Both the position numbers and the translations under genes were made by a program. From Dicyema japonicum (taxonomy: Eukaryota > Animalia > Dicyemida): a DNA stretch of 64,000 nucleotides. The notes below the pieces were generated by a model. It searched no databases. It saw nothing but the letters and a program-made list of their open reading frames with translations, and had not been told where the DNA came from. Each line of letters opens with the position of its first letter. The stretch's first letter is position 1. The DNA lies in assembly GCA_011109175.1 (NCBI GenBank), contig RDEW01000056.1, positions 213,401-277,400 on the forward strand, written 5' to 3'. Below, in pieces: positions 49,793-63,749 of the stretch.

Positions 49793-50584
49793 ATGATCAC
49801 AGTAATTTAATTATTACTAAATAGATTCCCGACGAAGTAAATAATAATGTTTCGGACTATGACATCTTGTGGAGATACAAAGGTTACATTGAATCAATCA
49901 TCATCTCCAATGATCAGGTAAAAATGAGGTACTTTTCATTTTCATCTAGAATCGATCAAATGGCTCGGGATATATGGAATGCCTACAGGGGAGACTCTGT
50001 CCTACTTCTCTGTGTCCTTAGGGGAGCTTTTAAATTTACCGCAAAAATAGTCGATGCCTTGGAAAGGCTAAACCTTGCTTGTCCTTCAGAATCGTATGTA
50101 AGATTTAATTTGGAGTTTATCCGAGCTTCAAGCTACTTTGTAATGTGCTATGATTAGTTAGAATGATAAATCCCTTGGATTTGTTAAAGTATTTAACCCC
50201 GAGTCTCTGGAATGTGTCAGAAACAGAGTTTGGAGTTTTTTGATTCATAGAATGTGCTGATCGTGGAAGATATTGTGGACACTGGTAAGACGATAACAAA
50301 GCTGAGGGAGGTTATTGCAGAATACGACCCAAAATCATTAAAGCTTGCCAATTTTCTATCGAAGAGGTTACCGACTCCCACTTTGAATGGGGATTGTATT
50401 ATTTACTTTTATTGCTAGTCGTTGGATTCAGTATACCAAATCGGTTCGTTGTGGGAAATGGATTTGAGTATAATGGATATTTCTGGGATTTGCCTGTTTG
50501 CTGTTGGGTTACATTTAGCACTGTGCTTTCATAACTGATGCCGCTATTGAGGAATTGAAAATTAAAAATAACCATTCATGTTAG
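49793..50584 (+). CDS. HPRT1: Hypoxanthine-guanine phosphoribosyltransferase, 7 exons, intact
   Basis: Introns 49802-49824, 49929-49949, 50140-50161, 50228-50250, 50396-50418, 50496-50518. Motifs LCVLRGAF, FIRASSY, NVLIVEDIVDTGKT, VGFSIPNRFVVG. Confidence 0.95.
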
Positions 50585-50626
50585 GAAATTTCTTACAAGG
50601 AAATTTCTTACAAAACGTTTTAAGAA

Positions 50627-51435
50627 AGGGGTACATTAGAGATCTTATCGAATATGACAAAATTAAACAGATATTTTGTGGAATCGATCCTGAGGATGTA
50701 AGTACTCAAATGAAACGGAGAGTACGAGAAAAGGACTCACATTTTTCGCTTAGAAACGATAAGTTTAATTCTGATTTAATTAGACTTTTCTTGAATGGAA
50801 ACACAGAAAAATTGGTTATTCCTCTGGACTGTGAGTCCGAGATGGACACTCATTCCAGAACCCTCCATCTGATCTCACACGGAGGGATCAATAAAATCGA
50901 ATTTCTTTGCCGTCGGAACTATTTATATTTCCGTAATAAGAAAAGTTATTAATGATTGTGAAGTTTGTAAGTTTACGCTTATTCTTAAGGTTATCTTTTT
51001 TAAACAACTGCTTAGACTGTTGACGAGAACTATCATGTTTTTGCGTCTGCTCCAAATGAGCTTTTTCAAATTGATCGAATCGATCTGAAAAAATTTCAAA
51101 GTGTCAACAAGGATATAAATGGATCTTATTCTTAATTGAGTCGTATTAAAATTTTTATAGTCGGTATTAAATTTTTATAACCACGTTAGTTTCCCTTTTG
51201 CAAGGCTGTTGTTTAATAAGTCGGCATTTAAAGTATGTCAGAATTTGGACTTCCGGAAGACCAACTATCCTAGATCCCAAGTTTGTATCAAAATAATTTT
51301 TAGGGAATAGTCACATCCATGAAAGACCAAATAATCCAAGATACCAAGTTTGTGCACAAATTGATTTTTAGGGAATAGTAGAACGTTTCAATCAAACGTT
51401 GACAAGCTCAATATCTAAACTTATTGATGGGAATC
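50627..51435 (+). mobile_element. Ginger-like integrase relic, copy B
   Basis: Duplicate of 31240-31980; the following ~750 bp of copy A is absent. Confidence 0.7.
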
Positions 51436-51439
51436 CTTA

Positions 51440-53085
51440 TGACAAAGAAACCAGAAATCAAACCAAAGTTATGACAAAGAAACCAGAGAAGTGCTGTGTA
51501 GATATGGATTTCGAAAATCAAACAAGATAAGAATTGCATCAGGTATGAAATCAAACTCTTAGAAAAGAAACTAAAAATTCATGAGTCGAGAAACGAATTT
51601 AAAGACAGAATTGGTGCTTTGAACTTAATAGGAGGTACTTTTACAGGAATCTGAATGGAGAACATGAAAAAGCCAAGTTTGGCTTTAATAAAAATGAGTG
51701 CCTCGCATTCTGGGAGAACATCTGGAATAAACAAGACAATGAGGAAAAAGTTTTGCAATTAAATAAGAACATTACAGGCTCTGAAGAAATGCATGCTAAT
51801 TTTACTAAAGAATTCATCTTCGATATAATTAAAATTTCTCCAAACTGGAGAGCAGCTGGTTGTGATGGAGTGTACAATTTCTTTATTAAGAAATTTACAT
51901 CAATACATGACTCTCTTTGTGAAAAATCGTCAAGATAATTCATGGTGAATACTCACCTCAAGAGTGGTTTTACAAGGGAATAACATATTTGATTCCGAAA
52001 AAAGTTAATTGTGATTCTCTAAAAGACTTGAGACCTATTACCTGTATGCCAAGTATGTACAAGCTGACAACGAAATGTGTGAATAAGAATCTATCAGACT
52101 ACATTGAAGCACATAGACTGATTAGTAACAACCAACTGGGAACTCGTAGATTCTGTCAAGTGTGCCAAAGAGCAAGCACTAATAAATCAGTGTATCAATC
52201 AGGAGAAAGGGAATAATTTGACTACTGCCTGGATAGACGTTAAAATGGCTTTTGATTCCTTGGATCATGATTTCCTGAATAAAGTACTTGAGACATCTGG
52301 ATTGCCTGTTTGGATCGTTAATTTTATTAAAAACTTGGTAACTAAATAGAAGATTAAATTGACATTAAATCAGAAAATGATTGGAGTAGTGAAAGTGAAA
52401 AGGGGATCCTTCAGGGTGACTCACTGTACCTTCAGATCTTTGTCTTTGTGATGGATGCGTTGAGCAAATCATTAAGTGAAAATTTCCGAGAGTGATAATT
52501 AACGGATGTCATCCAGATCGGATGTCACTCTCATACGCAACAAGTTTCTATTGTTTATGGATGATTTGAAACTATTTTCCCATAGAGGATACATTGGTAA
52601 GAATGATAAATCAAATAATGCTTTTCTTTAAGCTGCTGGACTTGAACTACCTGGGAGTGCTTGAAGATAAAGTCAAGCAATGTTTTGAAGAATGATGTAT
52701 TGAAGGCAATTTTTGATACGATGAACAAGAGAATAAATAATTTAGCAAATACGAAACTTAACTCTGCTAACATGTTCAAGGCCATCAACAAACAAGCACT
52801 GTACTATATAATTACTACATCAGAATTGTCGATATCGATCCAAACGAATTCGAAAACATTGATAAAAAAATACGCGGGATACTAACAAGTCATCTAATTC
52901 ATCGAAACCTTATAATAAAAAGACTTTAAATGCCAAGAAACAAACTAGGAAGAGGATTGATCTCTATAACCCATAAGAGCGGACGTATGCTTTTTCAATT
53001 TCTGAGGGATCTGGAGAAAAAATCCTATTAGTGCCCAAGAAGAGCAGGAATTCTACGAGTTATTAAATCAAAAAAACACATATGG
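51440..53085 (+). mobile_element. R4/Dong-like retrotransposon, copy B
   Basis: Duplicate of about 32730-34425. Confidence 0.85.
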
Positions 53086-53087
53086 CC

Positions 53088-53575
53088 AGTGTCAGAAAAC
53101 TGAATATATTGAAATCATTCTTAAATTCCAGGCCGTCACGGGAATGCGCTGTTGTCTTGTACAATTTCAACTTTTAAAACTTCATTGACTTATGGAGTTT
53201 CAATATCAAATTTGTTCAGCCAAATTGGTACGTCTAACTAATCTACCTGCCAATTTTTCCCTCAATGCTTGACCACACTTTAATCGAAAACAACGGCTCC
53301 GGTTTCATCGGTCTGTGTGGTCACGAAAAAAGTAGTTTTTTCCATTCAAGACTAGAACAAGCAAATACACTTAAATTGGGAAAAAACCTACACTTTTTTT
53401 CAAATTTTAAATGAAAAGTAATCGTTGTCGATACAGGAAAGCCGTGGGTACTCTGGAGGAACACAAGAAAAACCTTTCGATCCTTTTGATGTTCACCGGG
53501 ATCACTAAATTAGTTGGTTTACTCCTTCTTTCTTGGTGTTCCCTTCTCGGAGTTATTAAATAAATAAAAGAACTA
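53088..53575 (+). mobile_element. Ingi/Vingi-like 3' fragment, copy B
   Basis: Duplicate of 34425-34915. Confidence 0.65.
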
Positions 53576-53819
53576 ATGAGATTAATATATAACTAGACAT
53601 CTCAGCACGCTCCGCGTAATTAGTGAACCGTTATATGTCACGTGGGGACTATAACTTTAGGGTCAGTGTGACGATTAATTGCTTCTTTCACCCGATGAAT
53701 TCGTCTAGAGTGCTTGGCCTCAGCACAGAATTCGTTTAAACATTCAGTGAGGAACGACATGATGACTTTTCAGAATATTGGATTCGATGACGGATAAGTC
53801 TCAATTCAGCTCAATGACC

Positions 53820-54960
53820 CAAATGAGACAACAACAGCACTCATGTCTCTGACGCACCAAGATATCCCACGTGGATATGATAAATGATTTTTAAACATCG
53901 AGTCGTTTTTGTACTTCCAACAAAACGCAGTTTCAAAAATATTATTAACAACAATAGAAGAACAACCACCAAATTATGAAATATGTTTTCCAACAATTTC
54001 AGTCACGTGTTTAGAATCCAAAAAGTCATTAATTCCCTTGGTTGTCATAAAAATACAAATATCCTCAGGCCTGATTGAATGAGACATAATTTCTGAAAAA
54101 GCTTTGAGGTATGGGACAGACTTGTATAATACAGGAAGCATGATATTTCTCTTCATTCCTTGAGAAGTCATAAATTTCATAACATCAGTGAGGTAATCAC
54201 GAGACCACTTAAACTGGAAGTCTCCGAATGCTCTAAAAGGCATAAAGATACCACAAAGTCCACTATCAACAAAGATTTCTTTCTTTTCTTCTTCGGGGAC
54301 CGAGTTTTTAATTCTCTCAAATTCTTCCAAATTCTTAAAAGTGGGAGGATTAGTGAGTTTAACAGTCTTTAATTTGACTTCATCTGCAGAAACAACTAAT
54401 GCAGAACAATCCCCAGTTCTAGCGAAATAAATAATCCTTTTATGATGTATGCAAGGCAGGCACATGCTCCGTAAAGAGCTGTCAAGACGGACTGATTTAT
54501 AAATTAAAGAGGTTCTCCTCACTATTTGGGTTGGAAGAATATTCCTAGCCAAGGAAATCATCGAAGCGTGTGAAGCCCAACGAGATCGACTTCGATGAAT
54601 TTGGGGAAACGTTTAAATTAGTCGAATCAGGAAGAGAAATCTACTGTATTAGACATATTTACATTAACTGCGTAGTAAATGTAGGAACTAACAAAGTGAG
54701 GGAGTAACTGTGAGCATAATCTACCAAAGTGAATTCCTCTATGACCGTCAACAACGCCAATGATGAAAGCATCTTTAATATGGATCTTAGTTAGGATGAT
54801 AAAGTCTTTACATATAGTATTGGACGGAAACTTAAGTTGCCTTGCAATAGAGATCAACTGGAGAATCCACCGGATCTCACACGCGTCGTGGCTTTTTAGT
54901 GTAGATAGGTATCCAAGTTTCAAGGTAAACCTCGCTTTTCTACGATGTGGGAACCACTTC
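53820..54960 (-). pseudogene. PDP1: Pyruvate dehydrogenase phosphatase pseudogene, copy B
   Basis: Same motifs as copy A (DGHRG here); shares an in-frame TAG and a frameshift with copy A. Confidence 0.85.
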
Positions 54961-55698
54961 TTTTTACCTACGTACAAATCCTCCGTGCTTTTTGCAACTT
55001 TTACAAACTGACAACAAGTTACCTATTTGATTTTCATGATTTAGGAGAACGTTCTTATACAATGACAGGACTGACCGATCTATGGGAGCGATCGGCATTT
55101 GCTGCGAATGTATTAGCTGCTGGCTCCTAAAAGTCAGTGTCGACGAAGTTACTTAACTATCAAACTTTAATAAAAACGTACATATATCATAGTTGTTCAA
55201 TGGTTATAAGGTCATGATCACAGAAAGCGCATTTAACGTCTAGAAATATTCGGAGTATGTGTTGAACTTGGTTGAAGATTTATTCTGTTCGAAATGTTTG
55301 ATTGTCATCAACTGTGATAAAAAATTTGCAGATGATTCACATCGTAAAACTAGGAAGCATCTAAAGGACCAAGTATAATTTCTTTATAGATGATATGACA
55401 GCTCATTTCAAAAAGACCATACGATTATGTCAGATAATGGAATCGGCTCAATTAACGTTCGCGCCACGTGGAATAATATGGACATAAGAGTAAAGAACAT
55501 TTTTAACATTAACATTTATTAACCCCGGATACACCAAGAAAGAAGTTAAAGTATCAACTAATTAAGTGTATCCAGTTTCCACTTTTACAGAAACAGAGTC
55601 CACCCGGATTGGTTCTTGGCGTCATGTGATGCTTCGTGGTTAATTGGTTGAAGTTTTCTGCTTGCTTGTCTGTTCCTCCTCTCTTTTCCTATTAGAGT

Positions 55699-55745
55699 GG
55701 CGTCATGTGATCCATTTGTCTAGGTGGCGCCCAGTGCCAGGCCGG
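55699..55745 (+). ncRNA. HDV-like module truncated in P4
   Basis: Counterpart of 37036; the next ~590 bp of copy A is missing. Confidence 0.45.
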
Positions 55746-55958
55746 TGATAATTAGGTCATCATCCGCAAATGATATAAGTGTCTAGAATTGATTGGAATA
55801 TCACTTAGGTAGAATTTGATTAAAGTTAGAGAAAGAAGTGATACCAACAATTTGGATTGAGATTCTAAATAATTGTAATTATTTACTGGATTTAGTTATT
55901 AATAATTTTATTTATTTAGTAAATTATAAATTATATGAAAAAAATAAATAACCTATAA

Positions 55959-56725
55959 ATGATCGTATCCTTATTTGCATATGAATCATTAATTATTTTG
56001 ATAACTCCAGTAATTCTACGTGGTGATGGTTAACTTATTATTTGAATTTAGCACATTTATGCATCCATCCATATGCCAGATATAATACATTGTGGTATAG
56101 TCAAAGTTCAAATGGTAAAATAAATGCAGTTTTAAAAGCGCTAATATTTGTAAAATATAAGAATGAACATAATTTTGTAAATTTTATTCAATATTAGACT
56201 ATCGAACGCACATTGATTAACATAAACGGCAAATTAAAGAGAATTCAGTCAAAAGACGAAATTCGTCTTATCTTAACGTCCAACGATATTCTCTTGTCGT
56301 TCACATTCACCTTTTCTGGTCGAGTATATCTTTAAAAAGATTGAAATAAATCATATTTTCAATGTTTACAATAATTATGAGATTGAACTCAATCAGCAGC
56401 CGACTAAAGATCCTGAAATACATTTATGCAAAAAAATTGTTAAAAAATTTCCCAATCTTTATTTTAAACTGTCGTGTTTAGTTGCCCGAATACATGGAAG
56501 AGGAGATATTGAAGGATCTTTATTCTACAGTTTATTTTTTAATATATTTTAGATAAGCAATGCATGAGTAAATCATCGTATAAAATCAGGAAAGTGATTA
56601 TATCCTTACTTTGTTGTGTCATTGTAATCTCGGCTTGGATAGCAATATTCGTGGTCAGTGTTGCATGTCAGAATATAGGAAAATACAGGTTGTTTACTAA
56701 CCAAAATAAATTATCCAGTAACTAA
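55959..56725 (+). pseudogene. Frameshifted copy of the orphan membrane protein gene
   Basis: CGAGAGTAT>CGAGTAT 2-nt deletion near 56323 gives an early TAA; the four introns are retained. Confidence 0.8.
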
Positions 56726-57479
56726 TCATTAATAAGGGAATTTTGGTTTATTTAATATTATCCGAAATACATTGAAAATCTCCATGAAATAAAGGGATGT
56801 GATTGAATTGTTGGGTAGTTCGACCGACCTTTCCATAGATCACTCTAGACCTTAGTATTTCCAATTTTTCTAATTCTGTTCTGTGTAAGTTTTCTGGAAA
56901 TTTTCAATTTAAGTTGGGGATTTCGTTAAAATAGATATGTAAGCAATATTTTACTTTTTTTGATAATTTTTTTTATTTTAAAGCCTAATCTGGGATTCTA
57001 ATTTGACATTTCTTTTGTGCTTAACTGACATAATTAGTTAACCTCATTTGAAATAAAGTTACTTGTTAGCATGTTATTGTGAGAGACCAAGTTGTTTATT
57101 TTAATCAGTCATCTCTTAATTTTTATTTTCAGTCGATTCAAGGTTTCAACTATTTTCTTATAATAATGTCTCAGCGGTCTCAATGTAAGCTCATTTTTAA
57201 CCATTTGCTTTGTAAACAACATGACTTATGGAAAGAAGACAGGACCTCCGTCACGTTATCGCTACAAGATAACCGCAACGAGTATTTCTACATTATACAC
57301 AGATGGCTGAAATCAATACTCTCTGACTGACAGAGACGTACATTGATTTAATCAAAAAAATCTAGTTCCGCTTGAAGGTATAGTTCTCTGTCGTTCACGA
57401 AAGCCCCCAGATAACTTTCAATTGAAAAAATCCTTTGCCCCCGAGAGGAAGGGTCCCGTCGTTGCGTTTCCATCTAAAC

Positions 57480-58428
57480 CAGAGGTTGTCAACGGTGTGC
57501 CGCGGCACACTAAGTGTGCCGTAAGACAATTTCTAGTGTGCCGCCTGCTAAACACAATTTGAATAAATTTATATACATTTTTTGACGTAATTAATTTAAA
57601 AAGATAAACGAATTAAAATAATTACTAAAATTAAAATAATCATTTTTTATTATATATTAACTGACATTTACATTGGTTAACCATTATTTATTAATTTTTT
57701 AATAACGTGCGCATCAACGTGGTTATGGGTAAATCATTTCGTCGTTCTTATAAAGATTCTTATTTGTCATTTGACTTATATGCAAAGATAAATTAAACTA
57801 CCTCAATTTCTAATTTGCATGGAAGTTTTGGCAAATGATGCTATGGTTCCTAGCAAACTAAAGAGACATTTTACTTCCAAGCATCCGACTATTCCGAAAA
57901 ATCTGTGGATTATTTTATCTATTTGAAAAAACAGCACAAGTATTATTTAGTTTTTACTATAAATCGTAGATCTAGTCAAATGATGTTCAGTGAAACTTTT
58001 GTAAATACAAAGGAATCATTGAAATGTTCATGCCTGATCTCAAAATTGATAGCAAAACAACTAAAACTCACATTATTGGCGATAACTTGATAATCCCTGC
58101 TTGTCGTATTATTGCTCGGACTATGTTTGGTCATAAATATGAACAAAAAATAATAAAGATACCTTTGTCAGATAATAATGTTTCTCGTCGGATTTGTGCT
58201 AAAATGCGGTGGCTTTGTCAACCATTCGACCTGATGTTGATGATATATGCAAAAACAATAATAATTAAGATTTCATTTTTTTATTAATAAAAATTTGGGC
58301 ATTAAATTACCAATTTTTGTACTTAGTTTTACACATCTTAAAAATTTAATTTTTTAATTTTTAATGTGTGCCGTGGATTATTTTTTACGATTAGTGTGCC
58401 GCGAGAATTATTTTTTGAAAAAGCTCTG
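57480..58428 (+). mobile_element. Internally deleted hAT (Buster) element
   Basis: Termini CAGAGGTTGTCAAC and TTGAAAAAGCTCTG; TSD ATCTAAAC/ATCTAAAA with central TA; MEVLANDAMVPSKLKRHF and KIPLSDNNVSRRI. Confidence 0.9.
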
Positions 58429-59599
58429 ATCTAAAACGATCCAGCCCCCTGTTGCAAAGATAACAGGAATCCATCCGCCATAAGAGATTGCTTCATGACC
58501 TTGTTTATGAAACGTGCATCGGGAACCGGCCACTGTGCGTCGACAAGAGAGGGTCCAAAGTCTTTTGCGGTTCATCACATTTCCAAATCGACAAAGTTGA
58601 GGCTGACACAAGTCTCATCAGAACGGTTTCGAGTAGTTACCTACTCACCGGATAAAAAAAGTCTTTGGAAACATCCAGTTTCCACCTTAAGTCGTGGTCA
58701 GTCTTAAAAACCAACGCTTTATTACTTAAACCTTAATTCACAAATCCTGTGTGTTATTATTTGTATTTATCTTACCTCTTCAAGGCACGAAGATTTTTGC
58801 TTGTTCCGCTTGCGGTTGAAACTCCGAATCTTGTACACCTCCGACGTTGGAAATTCTGAGTCGTCACGGAAATCAGATTTCTACACGAATAGTAAATCTC
58901 TATGAGTGCTGTTTGCTATTTGAGTGGATCTCGTTCGTCATTCTTAGAGAGGATAGCCAATAAGTCATAGCGGCCACAGTATGACCCTAGGACGACCTAT
59001 ATGATGTCCTTAAATCGTCGCGAATATGGCTAAATACAGTTACAACTGTCCCCATTTAAGTAAAGGAGCATGTCGGTTGATCATTTAGATCCATGCTCTG
59101 CCAAGACAATATGTGGAGGAATAACGAGGTTGTATGTAGTCTTCATCTTCAATAAGTATGGAATTCGCCACACCAGAAAGTAGCGGACTAATAAGGTGCA
59201 ATCTGTAGTAGAGAACACAAGGTCCAAGTCAAGATAGACAGTGTAATTCGTCGGGGCTTGTCAAGCCATTTTGGTACTAATAACCGGCCATTTTGGTACA
59301 CAATTAAGAATGTGACCAAGTCCTTATCATAGAAGTTGGTATTATGTCTCAAGACCGGTTGCAGACGGTGGTGAGCGACAGCAGTAACTACTACACTGGT
59401 GTGCGACAGCAGGTCTAAAGAGTTACTAAAAACGATTGCAAAATAATAAAATGATTCTAAATTTGAATGCAATTGTAATTGAAAATTGTATGTTTTAATT
59501 ATTATAGTTTTATATTTTAATTAATTTAATATGGTTAACCCCAATAACGTTAAATTTCACCATGTGTTAATAATTGGTTCTTGTGATTACAAGTATTAT

Positions 59600-60410
59600 C
59601 CCTGTACGATTCCTGATTAATCGTTCGTATGAAGAACCTATTATATTTTTTATTATCTTTATTTTTGTCCGATCTCCCCATTCCGGAATCCGAAAACGAT
59701 GTTCTTCTCTCTTATGCAGATGATTGTTTTAGCTTCAAGAGACAGGGATATTCAGAATGCCACAGAGAGGATCCAAAATAACTTGGATAGTCTAAACGTT
59801 TGGATGATAGAAAACCCCTTAGGATGAGTGCAGAAAAGTTAATCATTTCATTTTTCACCTCAGACAAAAGATTGGAAAGGAGGACAATCACCTTGAAGTT
59901 CGACAAGGACGATTTCCCTTTCAACAGATGACAGAGGATATTGGGGTGACATTTGATATGCACCTTTGCTCATCATTTCATATTGAAGACATACTACTCA
60001 AAATGCGAAAGGAAATTAATATTCTCAAGACCTTATCTGGAATATGGAAGGTCGGTACCCACCTAGTACTGAAGAACATATACAAGCAGTACATCGATCC
60101 ATGTATTTCATATGCATGTGCTTTGTGGGAACCCTCCATCTCATTAAAAATAAAAGAAAAGAAAATGCAGAAGAGGGCGTTCCGAATTACGGAGCGATGG
60201 ACTCCTGGAAAACATTGATCTGGACCGACTCCTCTGGAAGTCCTCATGAGGCTAGATTCCGAGATGACTCAAGGAACCCGATACGTACATGTGCGATATT
60301 GAGAGAGTGACATTGGGTAAAGATGAGGACTTTATTCGAACTTATTGGGATCACGTGATAGTTAGTTTCGATTTTTGACCGGGTCTTGTGGTGTTTAAAT
60401 AAATAAAGAT
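59600..60410 (+). mobile_element. Ingi/Vingi-like LINE 3' third, copy B
   Basis: Duplicate of 42050-42985 without the 145-bp tandem duplication. Confidence 0.85.
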
Positions 60411-61489
60411 GAATTATCCGCCTCCTGGACTGAATCTTTCTCTTGTTGGTCTTGAGACATGACAACTTCCCGGAAAAGTGGGTGCTTTAGATTCTTATGG
60501 TATGAGATATTGTCGCTAGTGAGTCTAATTCAGTTTATATTTTCCGAGCGTAAGTCATTTCATTTGTTTAAAATTAAAAATGAAGTTTTCGTAGTCAATC
60601 TTATATACAGATATGGAGGGAAGATATAGAGAATCTTGAGGAGATGACGACCCAGTCTGGACTTGTAAATTTTCTTGAATTACGAAAAATAAGCTAAGTC
60701 ACACGACTATCGCCTTTTTTAATAAGAGTTACCTATTCCTCTACACACCAGAATATTCTCTTCAGCAATGACCACAGGTTGGTTCTAACAAGAGATGAAC
60801 TCCTTTTCGATACAATTAGGAATAATCAGTTTCCATGGTTGCTGGAAGTGGCATGTCCCTCCAGAACACTAAAGTAAAGTAAACATGCATTGTGTGACTA
60901 TTATGTGATTTCTTCTGTGGCCGTATAACAACCAAGGCTTTCTTCTTCGCTTTTTCATGTTTTTTTTACAAAATTCGGTAGACTCTAGTAGTTGGCACAC
61001 TGGAGTGAACTGCATGTCCGTTTACCTTACGGAGACAATGAAGGGGGTTGATACTATCCAAACGTCTGCAGATTTTAAATTTGTTACAAAAAGCAATAGA
61101 CCCAACTGAACTTCAACATTATTCGATGTTCTTTCCTTGAATGGGCTGAAAGAACATATTATTTTTTTATATCGGTTCCTTTAAGTAAAGAAACTGGTTG
61201 TTAAAAAAGCAATAACTCGAAGAGGGCGTTTCCAGAGATCACTCGATTTGATCTTGTGGGGCAAAGCCAAATGTGATCTTGGACAAAATATAAGATAACT
61301 CGTTTTTTAGTCGTTGGTTTTCATCGGGTTAACTGCTCGTATTGAAAACTGCCAAAAATGCTGTGGCGAACAGATCAAGCTTCATTGCTTTACCGAGCAA
61401 GCTTATTACGGTTGTTAGGTATTGGTTAAAGGACGAGCGTATGGTTACCGTTCCATGATCAATTTACGTGAAAACTATTTATTTTAAAA

Positions 61490-62050
61490 CCCCAAGACCG
61501 ACAAGAACGTATTAAGTCACTAACTAAGTGATCCCAGTCTCCAACATCTCTTGAATTCTCTTCGAATGCTCCGCCAGCGATCCAACTGCATTCCTGAAGT
61601 GTCTTCTTTTTATGTCTGCAAAGGAATTCTATTAGAGTGAACTTTGAATTCCTCCTAATGAGCCGCTCTTTCTCCGAATTGGTTTCCATATCTTTGCAGA
61701 TACGTAGGAAGCCTTGGCTATTCTTCAACGTCGCCGCTCTGAAAGGAGACTGGGAATGGATAAGGTGTCTGATTGCATATGTTGCATGATCTCTCGCCTA
61801 GAGAGTCATACGCTTCATCCTCGAAAAGGGAAAAATGAATCTCCAAGCAGAATATGCATATACAATCGTCAGCACAATAACTTGGAGATGTATCTTACTG
61901 ACACAAGAAAGAGCTCTTCGTTGTGATAGCTTTTAGGAAGTTCCATTTTCGAAGATCCGTGGTTAACACAGACTCCGTGTAACTAGAGAACGTCATAAGA
62001 TAGTCGAATGTCACACCAAGGACCTTCAGGTTTCCCGTGTATTGAATGGG
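61490..62050 (-). mobile_element. Ingi/Vingi-like 3' fragment, copy B
   Basis: Duplicate of 44090-44600, about 50 bp longer near the 3' end. Confidence 0.7.
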
Positions 62051-62618
62051 AATGTTTCCTAGGAATATCTCAAATCACCTTTAAAAGTCCTGTCCGTAGT
62101 AAATGGATGAACTAAGACTTGGATGCAACACAGACAGCAAACACGGAGTGAAAACTATAAACTATTATTATTGACCCCAGGCTTACCAGTAAGCAGAACA
62201 AACAGTCATAACAAACTAATCCGAGGAAAATCAAAGGATAACATCTGCTTGTGCCGACCAAATCCATCTTACAATACTTTATTACAGGCTTCCGCTTCCG
62301 AAGAGAGGTGGGGAAATAGGTCCGCCCTTTTCCATTTTTGTCCCACGTCCTACCGTCGCGGACATCACTTCATTCTTTAGCGAATAGTTTTCATAATGCA
62401 ATCTTCATCAGAGGATTTGGTCAGGGAGAAAGGTAGGAAGATCCCTTTTAACAACTGTGTCGTGCAGAAGGACTCGTCGCCTTACGGGTGGGATCTGTTG
62501 ACAAGAATTGACCTTTGCTAAAAACTATAAAATATAAAAATAAATTATTGCTTTATTTAATTAAATATTAATAATTTTAAAAATAAGTTTTAATTATCAA
62601 TTTGAATTTAATTGCCTA

Positions 62619-63096
62619 ATGAATTTACTCAAATTAATTAAAAATTTTCAAAATTATAGACAAAATAGCACAGTAAATTTCAATTCCTTCATCCAATCTG
62701 TTCAATGGATAAAATCATCACCAGATGAGAAAATTTGCAGATTTGTAGTAGAAGATAGCCACGTGGATGAATCCGGAAATTTACATGCTGGTTGTGCCTT
62801 GACTTTGATGGATGTGTTGACTTCGCACTGGCACTTTGATCAGTACAAAATCATGCCAATGAGCATAAACCTTCATTCCATGTAATTTATGACAATAAAT
62901 CACTAGATTCTATAATCCCGCACGTGTCGGAGATTCCCTGGTTATTAGATGCACTAATATGACTGTTCACAGAAAAATAATCACTGCTAACTGCAGCATA
63001 AGGAGAGAAGAGGATTGGACTGATGTAGCTTTCGGTATTCATACAATTTTTAAAGTCGACCAAACTGACCTTAATACGTCTAATATATTAAAATAA
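62619..63096 (+). CDS. ACOT13: ACOT13-like thioesterase, copy B, intact
   Basis: Same two-exon structure; I counted four coding substitutions versus copy A. Confidence 0.85.
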
Positions 63097-63164
63097 ACTA
63101 TTTTATGGTTTTCTAATAAATTTATTCCTAAAATCAACAAAGTAAAGATAATAACTGATGTTTT

Positions 63165-63360
63165 CGTCTACATTGGTCAGGTCCTTGTGTAGAACCTCTG
63201 GTAAAGTTATGCGAGGTCTTCCACAGAACGAGGTATTCACTTCTACTGAGACAAAAGCTGAAAAGACGATTTGGATGCGCTCAGAATAACTGCCAATAAC
63301 CGTGGAGCATGGAGAAGTTAGTTAAGAGAATTGTGGAGAAAAAATAACCTGAAGAAAAAT
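63165..63360. mobile_element. Inverted short RTE insertion, copy B
   Basis: Duplicate of 45695-45905. Confidence 0.55.
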
Positions 63361-63749
63361 ACGACACAAGCGGAACCTTTATTAAATAAATTACTTTTTT
63401 GGTTCTTCGAAAGTGCTACTAATAATATGATGTTCTCGGAACACTCCTCAATACTCTCAACTTCACACGTCCGTGATAGACTAAGAACCCAATTATCTCC
63501 TTAATATCGGGAGATTAAATGACATGGTTGTTCCAATACCATGTCTCTAATGATGCTCCATGAGCTCAATTTCTCCCTTACTTAGTCGAAGGGTTCGTTC
63601 ATTTTGTTCTTTCTCTTTCTTTCTCCAATGTTTCCCAGTGCCACAATGGTGCGAAATTAAATTATCTACTCATCTCCCTTAAACGGAGACGTTCCCATAA
63701 TTTAAAAAAATAGATATTTTCCGGTGTTTCGCTTCTCTGTGCGACCAAC

